DNA from: a virus
Direction: 5' to 3' (one strand)
IMG/VR virus record: IMGVR_UViG_3300025131_000005
Length of the DNA: 64,000 bases
The notes below the pieces were generated by a model. It was not told the DNA's origin and did not search any database. It saw only the letters and a list, made by a program, of their open reading frames with translations. Both the position numbers and the translations under genes were made by a program. Below, one piece after another: positions 1 to 8,728 of this stretch (positions are counted from its first letter, which is position 1; every line of letters begins with the position of its first letter).

Positions 1-2
1 CT

Positions 3-1169
3 CGCAAAAAGAAATCGCCAGCGGTAATTCTCAATATGATGATGATTACTGAAGCACTTCAAGCGACATTAAATGACTACAATGAAAGTGCAGCAGGATT
101 TGTTTTTGAGGGATTTATGGCAGCATTGACTGGCGGTAAACAGATTGCTGGTAAGGTTGCTGGCACTCTCCCTATTGAAGACTTCGTTGCCTTTTCTGAG
201 TTTGGTGCTGATCAACCAGTTAGCCTGAAACTCTTGAGCGGGAAGACTCCTGTGAAAGGGAGCTTTACAAATTTGGTTGATTTTCTCTTAGTCAGAGGTG
301 CACCAGCAATTAAATACTTGGTGGCTTATAAATTGACATCTGGCAAAGGGAGCGTTGAAAAAATTAATATAATTGTCTTCGATATCACAATAGATAATTT
401 TATCGATTTTATGGAAGGGGTGGGTGGAGGATCTTCGTTGATTCGTAATACTGCTGTGTCGAAACACGGCAATAAGAAGAAATATCGCGAACGCTATGGG
501 ACATCCGATAGTAGTGAACTTGCACGCCTAGCTTTTAAGACATTCGCAGAGAAAGGCAAGGAATCCCTTCCAGAGATAGCTCCTCTTATCGCGGATTTTT
601 ATGGGTACCAAAGAGCCGGATTGCTTCACAACTTTATTAGGACTGGAGAATTACCTACGGAACGCTCACCGGAAGAAGAGGAGGCAGAACTCGCGAAACG
701 TTCGGACACCAGGGCAAAAGATTACGATAGAACGAAGTGGTATGTGGAGCAGCAGGATAGCCTTGCGGAGGCCACTCACCAACACTTAGACAACAAGCAG
801 CTAACTTTAAATGAGGCATTTCATTATCTAGAGAAAAGGGCGTTGTTGTCAGAAGCAGCGGGTGAGAGTCAGTGGGCAGCATCTTTAGCTCAATTAGAAA
901 AGCTTCGCCGCGCAATCAATCTAGAATCATATGGAGAGCTAGATTTATCTCAATCCAATATCGATCAATTAACAGAGATATATTCTGAGATACTGGGGGA
1001 CGAAATTAAGGCGCTCCTATCAAAGACTAAAGACTTGACTGAAAATATTGGAAAATATTATTCTGAAAAAAGAAGAAGCAAAGCCCAAGCAGCTGGACAA
1101 GCTGCACGCGTGGAAGCTGATGGAATTAAACAAGTTCTGGAAGGCGACCCAAGATACAAGAAAGATTAA
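3..1169 (+). CDS. Hypothetical protein, 5'-partial; possible PD-(D/E)XK-like fold
   Basis: Frame is open to the window start. The GFVFEGFMAAL...IEDF...SLKLL pattern loosely resembles a restriction-endonuclease fold. Confidence 0.5.
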   Translation, partial: RKKKSPAVILNMMMITEALQATLNDYNESAAGFVFEGFMAALTGGKQIAGKVAGTLPIEDFVAFSEFGADQPVSLKLLSGKTPVKGSFTNLVDFLLVRGAPAIKYLVAYKLTSGKGSVEKINIIVFDITIDNFIDFMEGVGGGSSLIRNTAVSKHGNKKKYRERYGTSDSSELARLAFKTFAEKGKESLPEIAPLIADFYGYQRAGLLHNFIRTGELPTERSPEEEEAELAKRSDTRAKDYDRTKWYVEQQDSLAEATHQHLDNKQLTLNEAFHYLEKRALLSEAAGESQWAASLAQLEKLRRAINLESYGELDLSQSNIDQLTEIYSEILGDEIKALLSKTKDLTENIGKYYSEKRRSKAQAAGQAARVEADGIKQVLEGDPRYKKD

Positions 1170-1189
1170 AACAAAATACTATTTTAACC

Positions 1190-1218
1190 TTGACAAACAA
1201 TGTCTTGGTTGCTATACT
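1190..1218 (+). promoter_or_regulatory. Sigma70-type promoter of groEL
   Basis: TTGACA (1190-95), 17 bp spacer, TATACT (1213-18), with TGn extension. Confidence 0.7.
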
Positions 1219-1267
1219 ATTAAATGTATATACAAAATCTCTTTTAGGAGATTCTTAAGAGGTGACA

Positions 1268-2851
1268 ATGACAGAGCATATAAGCTCCAAGAAATTCCAA
1301 AATGGTACTCAGTTACAAACTCAAATATTAAAAGGAATCAATAACTTAGCAGATGTAGTGGGCTCTACTCTTGGTCCCAAGGGACGCAACGTTCTTATAC
1401 ATAAGAAAGATTTGAATCCGGTAATTACCAAGGATGGTGTAACTGTTGCCAAATTTATAGATTTTGATGATCCTTTCGAGAATGCTGGTGCCCAATTAAT
1501 TAAACAAGTTGCTTCCCAAACAAACAACGTTGCTGGAGATGGTACCACAACTTCTACTATTCTTGCAAGAGCTTTAGTTAATGGTGCACATAAATATATA
1601 ACTGCGGGCGCTAGCCCTATCGATCTTAAACGAGGCATGGACAAAGCCACAGAAGCTATTATAAAAAATCTCAAGGATATTTCTAGACCGATTGAATCTC
1701 AAGCAGACATTGAACATGTAGCTTCAATATCCGCTAATAATGATAGCTCAATTGGCAAGCTTATTTCAACTGCTGTTGAACAGGCTGGGCACGATGGTTC
1801 GATAACTGTTGAAGATGGAAGGTCCCTTGAGACAACTTTGGATGTGGTAGAGGGATTTCGCTTTGGTACTGGATATTTTGCTGGGGCCTTTGTGACTAAC
1901 CAAAGACGCGGATCAGTAGAATATGACGATCCTTATATCATGGTTACTGATTACAAAATAGAATCTGTACAGGATATATTACCAGCTTTAGAATTAATCT
2001 CGCGGGAAGGAAAGCCATTTATCATAATAGCAGAGGAGGTTGAAGGGCAAGCCCTGGCTGCTTTAATTATGAATACAGTCCGGGGAACAATGAAGGTTGC
2101 AGCTGTCAAAGCACCTGGCTATGGGCAGGAACGAAGAGAGATCTTAAGTGATCTTTGTTTATCTTTAGGGGCTACTTTTATTAGTCGCGAATCTGGGAAA
2201 AAATTATCTGAGGTTAAATTAGTTGATTTTGGTAACTGTAATAAAGCTGAGATATTAAAGAATAATACAACCTTGGTAGGCGGCTCTGCTGATTGGGAAA
2301 AAGTGGACGATAAGATTAGTACGTTAAAAGAACTTATTAGCACCACGGATAATTTACAACAATGTGAAAGAATACAAGAAAGGATAACGAGATTAGCTAG
2401 CGGAGTAGCTATTATTAGGGTCGGTGCACCAACGGAAGTAGAAATGATAGAAAAAAGACATCGAATTGAAGATGCCCTTGAAGCCATTCGTTCTGCTCAA
2501 GAAGAAGGAGTCCTTCCGGGGGGAGGTATAGCTCTTTTGCAGGCGGCTAAGGATTTAGAAATAGAAGTAGAAAACGAAGATGAACGTTTTGGAGTTGAGA
2601 TTGTAAAAAAAGCTTGTGCTTCACCCCTACGACAGATGGCAGATAATGCCGATCTCTCTGCGGATTTACTTATCGACAAAATTGAAAATAGTAAAGAACA
2701 AAATGGTTATAATTTTCGGACAGATGAAATGGTTGATTTGTATGATGCCGGAATAATGGATCCGGCCAAAGTAACTCGCGTGGCATTACTTAACGCCGTT
2801 TCTGTAGCTTCGATATTAATAACAACCAATCATGCAATAGTGGAGATTTAA
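1268..2851 (+). CDS. groEL: Chaperonin GroEL (Cpn60), phage type
   Basis: TLGPKGRNV, ITKDGVTVA, AGDGTTT, VKAPGYG and RIEDALEA motifs. No C-terminal GGM tail. Confidence 0.97.
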   Translation: MTEHISSKKFQNGTQLQTQILKGINNLADVVGSTLGPKGRNVLIHKKDLNPVITKDGVTVAKFIDFDDPFENAGAQLIKQVASQTNNVAGDGTTTSTILARALVNGAHKYITAGASPIDLKRGMDKATEAIIKNLKDISRPIESQADIEHVASISANNDSSIGKLISTAVEQAGHDGSITVEDGRSLETTLDVVEGFRFGTGYFAGAFVTNQRRGSVEYDDPYIMVTDYKIESVQDILPALELISREGKPFIIIAEEVEGQALAALIMNTVRGTMKVAAVKAPGYGQERREILSDLCLSLGATFISRESGKKLSEVKLVDFGNCNKAEILKNNTTLVGGSADWEKVDDKISTLKELISTTDNLQQCERIQERITRLASGVAIIRVGAPTEVEMIEKRHRIEDALEAIRSAQEEGVLPGGGIALLQAAKDLEIEVENEDERFGVEIVKKACASPLRQMADNADLSADLLIDKIENSKEQNGYNFRTDEMVDLYDAGIMDPAKVTRVALLNAVSVASILITTNHAIVEI

Positions 2852-2853
2852 AT

Positions 2854-3273
2854 ATGAAAGTGACAATTCAATATGCAGTCGACTTAGGGGAAGTACCCTT
2901 TAAAGTGGAGGAACTTTATAAGGAATGTTTAGAACAATTGGAAACATTGAATTCTTCAGCTTCATCTTTGAATGTGTTTACTCCTGATATATTCGTTGAA
3001 CGGATTGATTCTCTCAGGGGTAAGATGGTCGACATTGATTCTAAATTAGAAGAATGTGCTGCTTTGATGAAAGGCTACTCAGAAGCATTGAAACAAGATG
3101 GCAATACAGCCTTTCCTCCCACGCAACCACAATTAGAATTACCAGATATCGAGAATTCCATCGAAGAAACTCAAGAAATACCCAAAGAGGCACCCCAATT
3201 TGAAATAAAAGATACAATACCAATGTCGATACCCGATCCTTCTGAGTGGCTTAAAAAAATGGAGAACAAATGA
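2854..3273 (+). CDS. Hypothetical protein (coiled coil, acidic tail)
   Basis: ORF follows groEL directly. Confidence 0.7.
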   Translation: MKVTIQYAVDLGEVPFKVEELYKECLEQLETLNSSASSLNVFTPDIFVERIDSLRGKMVDIDSKLEECAALMKGYSEALKQDGNTAFPPTQPQLELPDIENSIEETQEIPKEAPQFEIKDTIPMSIPDPSEWLKKMENK

Positions 3274-3485
3274 TGATGAAATCCATTGGAGAGTTAGTAT
3301 ATGTTCCTTCTTCTACGAGCTTGGTGAGCTATCATGCCAATGGGAATCCGCATCGAGTTCTTTCTTTGCCGGAGCCAAAATATCTTTTAGTAAAGGAAGA
3401 AAAAGATAATAAACTAGGGGTATTTTTAGATGGAAACATTTGGTATGTTGATAAAAGAAAGGTGTATGATGTTAAATCTGATTAA
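3270..3485 (+). CDS. Hypothetical protein, SH3-like
   Basis: ATGA overlap with the previous ORF. Confidence 0.6.
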   Translation: MMMKSIGELVYVPSSTSLVSYHANGNPHRVLSLPEPKYLLVKEEKDNKLGVFLDGNIWYVDKRKVYDVKSD

Positions 3486-3762
3486 ATTGGCGGAAATAAG
3501 AGAACATACGCAGCATTGGAGATCTAATGAGAAATTTTATGATTTGAGGGAAGTTCTAATTAATCCCAACAGTGTTGTTATGTTGTACGAGGATGAAGAT
3601 ATCAAAGATAAACTAAATGAATTTAATAAATGGCCAGAAGGTCTTGACAAAAGAAGTATTTTTACAAAGATTTATCTGAATAATGGTACGCAAAACAGTC
3701 CCTTATATTTATATGTGGTAGGGACGCTAGATTTAATTGGTAAAAAGCTAGGAAGTCATTAA
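3469..3762 (+). CDS. Hypothetical protein
   Basis: Coupled ORF; start chosen at MLNLIK. Confidence 0.6.
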   Translation: MLNLIKLAEIREHTQHWRSNEKFYDLREVLINPNSVVMLYEDEDIKDKLNEFNKWPEGLDKRSIFTKIYLNNGTQNSPLYLYVVGTLDLIGKKLGSH

Positions 3763-3763
3763 A

Positions 3764-4024
3764 ATGAAGACTGAGTTTATTCTTTACATCCGAAATAGTT
3801 GTCCTTTTTGTATTAAAGCAAAGGTTTTATTAGAAGAAAATCATTATCCGTTTAGATCGTTAGCACTAGATGACTACCAGCATATATTAGAGGGAATAAA
3901 GGATCTTTACGATTGGCAAACCGTTCCTATGATATTTAAGAAGGATGGTAATAATTATCATTTAATAGGGGGCTATAGTGATTTAGTTGCCTATCTTCGA
4001 CAGAAAGAGGGATTAAATGTCTGA
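3764..4024 (+). CDS. Glutaredoxin
   Basis: CPFC active site, TVPMIF and IGGYSDL motifs. Confidence 0.92.
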   Translation: MKTEFILYIRNSCPFCIKAKVLLEENHYPFRSLALDDYQHILEGIKDLYDWQTVPMIFKKDGNNYHLIGGYSDLVAYLRQKEGLNV

Positions 4025-4376
4025 TGAGAAAGCCAAGGGAACATACACCCTAGACGTGGCCTATACTCATAACATGCTTGATAAATCAGGACAACAACTC
4101 GAATTTATCGCTGACTTATTATCTATAGAAACTCGCGAAGATCCAATGTATACCAGGGTTATCACTTTGTTGTGTGATTCCTTCTCAGCAAATTATCACT
4201 TATGGAAAATTTTGAGTGTCAATTTAGATAATAATTTGTTTTATGACGAGGAAACGAAACAGAGTTATATTTTATTAGGTGAGAAAGATATAACGATGCT
4301 AGAACAAGCAGTCATAGCCAGGACTTATACCGCAACAGAGTTATCTAAATTAAATTATTCTTTACGTCTTCATTAA
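4017..4376 (+). CDS. Hypothetical protein
   Basis: Coupled ORF. Confidence 0.65.
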   Translation: MSDEKAKGTYTLDVAYTHNMLDKSGQQLEFIADLLSIETREDPMYTRVITLLCDSFSANYHLWKILSVNLDNNLFYDEETKQSYILLGEKDITMLEQAVIARTYTATELSKLNYSLRLH

Positions 4377-4393
4377 AAAAATATATTTTTTCT

Positions 4394-4422
4394 CTTGACT
4401 GCTTCCTGATGGTGCTTATTGT
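4394..4422 (+). promoter_or_regulatory. Class-B promoter (CTTGACT-N16-TATTGT) of hsp20
   Basis: TTGACT 4395-4400, TATTGT 4417-22; also reads CTTG-N17-CTTAT. Confidence 0.6.
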
Positions 4423-4431
4423 TTAAACAAT

Positions 4432-4494
4432 GCGAAAGTTGCCGCAAGGAACAATCGCTTAAGTAACTTGCTTTTAAAAGGAGAAAATATTATG
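4432..4494 (+). promoter_or_regulatory. ROSE-like RNA thermometer candidate in the hsp20 5' UTR
   Basis: GCAA-capped hairpin 4432-4458, then CTT(G)CTT pairs with the SD AAGGAG (4467-4483) leaving a bulged G (UUGCU motif). Confidence 0.55.
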
Positions 4495-4923
4495 AGTACT
4501 GCACTTACAAATTACCGTCCGAGCCTACTGGGCCGAGGCGTATTCGATGAGATTTTTGATTCTATGTTGGATTTCCCTTCGTTGATGAATCGCACAACGC
4601 AGGGGTATCCCGTAGCAGATATCTATCGTGACGACGGCGGGAATACCGCAATGGAGTTTGCATTAGCTGGATTTTCCAAGGACGATCTCTCTATCGAGAT
4701 TAAGCCTGAAAAGAATTCTATTACAGTTAGCGCTACCCAAGGAGAAGATGATAAGAAGAAAGGATTTCACCGCATTGCGCGACGAAACTTTTCCAAGACT
4801 TATATTAATTATGACAATAATTTAGATCTTGGCAATGCTACTGCTGAGTTCGAGAATGGTCTTCTTCGTTTGGTGGTGCCGGTTAAACCAGAGGTTAAGC
4901 CTTTAACTATTTCGATTAAGTAG
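4492..4923 (+). CDS. Small heat-shock protein Hsp20
   Basis: YPVADI, EFALAGF, IARRNF and AEFENGLLRLVVP alpha-crystallin motifs; SD AAGGAG. Confidence 0.95.
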   Translation: MSTALTNYRPSLLGRGVFDEIFDSMLDFPSLMNRTTQGYPVADIYRDDGGNTAMEFALAGFSKDDLSIEIKPEKNSITVSATQGEDDKKKGFHRIARRNFSKTYINYDNNLDLGNATAEFENGLLRLVVPVKPEVKPLTISIK

Positions 4924-4976
4924 AAAGTTAGTGTTTTGATCAGCCCTTTAACCTAGTTATCTATGAGGGTAAAAAA

Positions 4977-5162
4977 ATGGCTAAGGTTAAAGGGCGATCA
5001 ATACTCACTCCTTCATCTTCCAAGAAAACGAGCCAAGGCAATGGCAAGTTTAGCAAAAGCCCATCGGCAGGCGGCGAAGCGTTCACGGGAACCCAGCGTA
5101 GAGGAAGTCCCCCGAGCAAAGCACGGCGGCGTAAAAAACCCTACAGAGGACAAGGAAAATGA
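4977..5162 (+). CDS. Small basic protein ending KKPYRGQGK
   Basis: SD GAGGG. The C-terminal YRGQG motif is typical of a small phage protein family. Confidence 0.6.
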   Translation: MAKVKGRSILTPSSSKKTSQGNGKFSKSPSAGGEAFTGTQRRGSPPSKARRRKKPYRGQGK

Positions 5163-5308
5163 AGTCCGACGCGGATAAACTTAAAGATTTAAAATTAGAA
5201 AATGAGATGCTTATCACCACGGTTCATGAATTATATGACCTTGTAAAGGATTTACGTTCCGAGAACAAAGATTTAAAACAACAATTGGAGATAATTGAAG
5301 ATGTCTGA
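5159..5308 (+). CDS. Small coiled-coil protein
   Basis: ATGA-coupled ORF MKSDADKLKDLKLENE... Confidence 0.5.
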   Translation: MKSDADKLKDLKLENEMLITTVHELYDLVKDLRSENKDLKQQLEIIEDV

Positions 5309-5459
5309 GAACGAACGCCCATATTTAGAAATTCCGCTCCCTCCTCCTGAGTGGATTGAATATCATCAAAGACTCAAGGAAGAGGATGAGAAAAGAAAAA
5401 ACAAAGAAAGTGAAAAAAGTATTGACATTGACGGAAATGTGATTATAATTGATATATGA
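5301..5459 (+). CDS. Small hypothetical protein (RPYLEIPLPPP)
   Basis: Coupled ORF. Confidence 0.5.
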   Translation: MSENERPYLEIPLPPPEWIEYHQRLKEEDEKRKNKESEKSIDIDGNVIIIDI

Positions 5460-5650
5460 AAATTGAAGATTATATTGTTAATCACGCCAAGAGAGGTTGT
5501 TACGAAGTTCTATTGGAAGAAGGAGAGCAATTGCTTTATCTGACCAACTTCCGTAACCCAAGAGCAGCAAAGAAATTTATTGAGGAGCACAAGAGAGGCA
5601 ATGTGCGTATCGATCCTGATACTTGTATTCCTACACCTGATTTTGAATAA
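5456..5650 (+). CDS. Hypothetical protein
   Basis: ATGA-coupled ORF. Confidence 0.6.
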   Translation: MKIEDYIVNHAKRGCYEVLLEEGEQLLYLTNFRNPRAAKKFIEEHKRGNVRIDPDTCIPTPDFE

Positions 5651-5727
5651 GCCTTCGTAGCTCAGTTGGATAGAGCAACGGCCTTCTAAGCCATGGGTCA
5701 CAGGTTCGAGTCCTGTCGGAGGTACCA
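5651..5727 (+). tRNA. tRNA-Arg(UCU)
   Basis: Full cloverleaf GCCTTCG/CGGAGGT, anticodon loop CT-TCT-AA, T-loop TTCGAGT, encoded CCA; one C-A mismatch in the anticodon stem. Confidence 0.95.
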
Positions 5728-5731
5728 AAGA

Positions 5732-5896
5732 ATGAATAACGATAAAAAAATACAAGATATGATCTTAGAAAATGAGCAGCTTAAAAAGCACATACAAACG
5801 TTATACTTTCAAATAAGATCACTTGAAAGAGGGTGTGCTTGCTACATGAATAATTGCAAGAATACGGAAAATCATGTTCAAAAAAAAGAAGAATAG
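5732..5896 (+). CDS. Small coiled-coil hypothetical protein
   Basis: ORF after the tRNA. Confidence 0.5.
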   Translation: MNNDKKIQDMILENEQLKKHIQTLYFQIRSLERGCACYMNNCKNTENHVQKKEE

Positions 5897-6104
5897 TTTG
5901 AAAAAGTTATTGACATTTATACTGATGGTGTTTATAATACAGGGGTGTTTAGAAATAGATCATAGAGGAGCATTACCTGCGCCTGTTTCGTGGAAGGGCA
6001 AAATACCTCCCCCCCAAATAGAAGTAGTAGAAGTTATTGACCAAGATAACATTGAGGGTCTTTATGATGTAGCACCTAAATCAATTTCGATCGATTTCGA
6101 TTGA
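5874..6104 (+). CDS. Putative small lipoprotein
   Basis: Basic N-terminus, hydrophobic stretch, IQGC lipobox-like motif. Confidence 0.45.
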   Translation: MFKKKKNSLKKLLTFILMVFIIQGCLEIDHRGALPAPVSWKGKIPPPQIEVVEVIDQDNIEGLYDVAPKSISIDFD

Positions 6105-6152
6105 TTTTGGTTGCACACCATTTTAATAAATTACATGACAAGGAGTAAAATT

Positions 6153-6266
6153 ATGTATAACACTGATAAAAAGATTGGAAAATTTAGTTCCGATGATATT
6201 TTTCTTTTGAAGATTATCGGCGCATGCACGTTGGCAGGAGCTGTGTGCTGGATAGGTTTTCTGTAG
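6153..6266 (+). CDS. 37-aa single-TM microprotein
   Basis: SD AAGGAG; hydrophobic C-terminal half. Confidence 0.55.
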   Translation: MYNTDKKIGKFSSDDIFLLKIIGACTLAGAVCWIGFL

Positions 6267-6286
6267 GATTTAGTTAGGAGAAATTA

Positions 6287-6601
6287 ATGAAAAAATTATT
6301 ACTAATAACAGCTGCACTTTTGCTATCTTTCTCAAGTTGCATAGTACGCGATGCCTCCACTCCCACTATTGATTATGAATACGATGATAGTAATTTTTAT
6401 GATTACGATGATGTCATTGTATCTGATTATTTGTGGTGTGAATATAGTTCACCGTATTACAGAACACCAGAGTTTTGTGAAGAAGATTTTTATGGTGAGT
6501 TTATTTGTTGTACGTGGGAGGTAGGCTATGATTGTTACGAAGATTGGTGTGCCTGGTATGATACCTGCGAGTGGTATTTTGATATCGATATATGTTATTA
6601 A
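6287..6601 (+). CDS. Cys/Tyr/acid-rich lipoprotein
   Basis: Signal peptide with FSSC lipobox; SD AGGAG. Confidence 0.7.
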   Translation: MKKLLLITAALLLSFSSCIVRDASTPTIDYEYDDSNFYDYDDVIVSDYLWCEYSSPYYRTPEFCEEDFYGEFICCTWEVGYDCYEDWCAWYDTCEWYFDIDICY

Positions 6602-6619
6602 CATAATTGAGGATAGTCC

Positions 6620-6835
6620 GTGACAGAAAAGAAACCCAAGATACCTTCATTTCTGTTTAGGATATATATATCCCGCCGCGAAGCAAAACTGATTTTGAAT
6701 CGTTTAAATTTAACTGATGCAGAAATTGAAGAGAAGCCTTGGAAGGGCCGATTACAACAAAATTTAGTTGATTTAATTAAGCGCTCTCTGGTCAAGAAAG
6801 ATGAGAAAATAATGGAGAAGAAAGATGCTAGCTGA
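6620..6835 (+). CDS. Hypothetical protein
   Basis: SD GAGGA, GTG start. Confidence 0.55.
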   Translation: MTEKKPKIPSFLFRIYISRREAKLILNRLNLTDAEIEEKPWKGRLQQNLVDLIKRSLVKKDEKIMEKKDAS

Positions 6836-7808
6836 TGTAGTTTTGGGATTGCAATATGGTGATGAAGCTAAGGGAAAAGTTACTCATTATTTGACTAAGT
6901 TTAAACACTATACCCACGTATTGAGATTTAACGGAGGCTGTAATGCAGGCCACACCATTTATCATAATGGTAAGAAGTTTGTCACTCATCATATTCCGGC
7001 TGGTGTTTTTTATGGTATTAAATCTATCATAGGACCGGGCTGTGTGGTTAGTCCCAAACATTTTTTTAAAGAAATAGAACAACTTAAAGCGGGTGGTATT
7101 GACGTTGAAGGAAAGATTTTTATAGCTGAAAATACACATGTAATAATGGAAGAACACATGGCGGAAGAGGCATCTGAGAGCAAGATTGGTACAACGAAAC
7201 GAGGCAACGGGCCTGCCTACCGTGACAAATATAATAGAACCGGTGTCAGAGCTTCTGAAATTCCTTCTCTTAAGCCCTATCTTATTAATTTATATGAAGA
7301 ATTTCATGGAGATACTTGTGTCAATATATTGTGTGAAGGCGCACAAGGCTTTGGATTAGATATTGACTGGGGTGATTATCCCTTTGTAACATCCAGTCAT
7401 TGTGGTCTAGGAGGAGTATTTTTGAACGGTGTTTCTCCTCATTGGATTAGAGATGTGTGGGGGGTTGCTAAAATGTACGAAACGTATGTAGGGTCCAAAT
7501 CCTTTGAGCCAGATCAAGCTGTTTTCCAATCTTTGCGTGATGTAGGCGAGGAATACGGTGCAACGACAGGACGTCCACGGCAGTGTAACTGGATGAACTT
7601 GGATTTCCTTCAACGGAACGCAAGATTTAACTCTGTTAGCAAACTGGTGATCAATAAGGTTGACGTGCTAAGGGAGCTGGGACAATGGAAGCTTTACCAT
7701 AAAAATGAACTACTTGAATTTGAAAATGAAGCGCAAATGTGCGAATACATCTCTGGTGTACTAAATAAGGTAGAGGTCTTTTTTTCCGACGATAAGAACA
7801 GCATCTAA
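6825..7808 (+). CDS. purA: Adenylosuccinate synthetase (short form)
   Basis: QYGDEAKGK, RFNGGCNAGHT, IGTTKRGNGPAY, EGAQG, YPFVTSS and EYGATTGRPR motifs. Confidence 0.96.
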   Translation: MLADVVLGLQYGDEAKGKVTHYLTKFKHYTHVLRFNGGCNAGHTIYHNGKKFVTHHIPAGVFYGIKSIIGPGCVVSPKHFFKEIEQLKAGGIDVEGKIFIAENTHVIMEEHMAEEASESKIGTTKRGNGPAYRDKYNRTGVRASEIPSLKPYLINLYEEFHGDTCVNILCEGAQGFGLDIDWGDYPFVTSSHCGLGGVFLNGVSPHWIRDVWGVAKMYETYVGSKSFEPDQAVFQSLRDVGEEYGATTGRPRQCNWMNLDFLQRNARFNSVSKLVINKVDVLRELGQWKLYHKNELLEFENEAQMCEYISGVLNKVEVFFSDDKNSI

Positions 7809-7812
7809 TCTT

Positions 7813-8040
7813 ATGAAACCAAAGAAGCTACAAAAGCGGCTAGCCTTGATTTCAAGAGCCAACGCTAAGATCAGTTATCTCAAAGAAGCAAATGTTTTCA
7901 CGACGGACTTGGAGGCGTTGAATATTTTACAAGAGATGGTCAGTGAACTACAAGAAACAATATCAGAAAATCTAAAACTTTCGAAAGAAATGCAGATCAG
8001 TAAATCTCTTGGAACGAGGAACAAGAGGAAACACAAATGA
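7813..8040 (+). CDS. Hypothetical protein
   Basis: ORF in the purA operon. Confidence 0.55.
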   Translation: MKPKKLQKRLALISRANAKISYLKEANVFTTDLEALNILQEMVSELQETISENLKLSKEMQISKSLGTRNKRKHK

Positions 8041-8367
8041 AAGTATATATACCCAGTAAGGCAGATGAAATATTAGAGCAAGCAAAGAAGGAGCTTTATC
8101 TTTTGAAGACGGCTATCAAGACCGAAAGCGAAGAGAAGCTTAATACCCGTATTGATAAGATTCGACAGTTACTTATAGAGATGGAGGAATCTAAATAATG
8201 GACGAATACGACGTCGCCCAGAATTTACTTAAAAATATCTTAGCTAATATTAAAGTCATAAGAGAACTTTATTCATCACATCTAGAGGACTCCGACTTTG
8301 AATCTCTTCTTGAGGATGGAGACTTTAGCTGGTTCTTAGATATTTTAGATGAAATTGAAAATTAAAG

Positions 8368-8396
8368 CTTGACTTTTAAGACCGTGTGCATATAAT
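8368..8396 (+). promoter_or_regulatory. Class-B promoter upstream of the tRNA-like RNA
   Basis: TTGACT 8369-74, 16 bp spacer, TATAAT 8391-96. Confidence 0.65.
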
Positions 8397-8408
8397 ATTA
8401 AGAGAAAA

Positions 8409-8488
8409 GGGGGAGTATCCGCTCTGTCTTATAAGCAGTTGAAACGGTAAATGGTTACACGCGGGTTCGATCCCCGTCTCCCCTACCA
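8409..8488 (+). tRNA. Non-canonical tRNA-like RNA, anticodon UAU (Ile), lacking a D-arm
   Basis: Acceptor GGGGGAG/CTCCCCT plus A-CCA; T-arm GCGGG-TTCGATC-CCCGT; anticodon arm CTGT-CTTATAA-GCAG; only 8 nt between acceptor and anticodon stem. Confidence 0.7.
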
Positions 8489-8502
8489 AATTAAGAACAC
8501 AT

Positions 8503-8724
8503 ATGTCGAAAAGCCAGGAAAAATATCTACAAGAACTTGCAAAGTATAGTGATGTGATCCTAAATACGAGCACTACATACGTGAAAAAATCATTACCAAG
8601 TGAAAAGATTAAGATCTTGGAAGTGCAAGAAGGGGTTGTGGTTCTGGAGAATGTACGGACTGGCAATATCTTCACTAAGACAACTCATTGGTGCAGAAAG
8701 AATCTCGTTCCGAGCGGAGAATAA
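8503..8724 (+). CDS. Hypothetical protein
   Basis: ORF after the tRNA-like RNA. Confidence 0.55.
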   Translation: MSKSQEKYLQELAKYSDVILNTSTTYVKKSLPSEKIKILEVQEGVVVLENVRTGNIFTKTTHWCRKNLVPSGE

Positions 8725-8728
8725 AGAT

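Noticed and set aside
4963-5178. Alternative-frame ORF
   Set aside because: The overlapping 4977-5162 frame has the SD and a recognisable YRGQG end.
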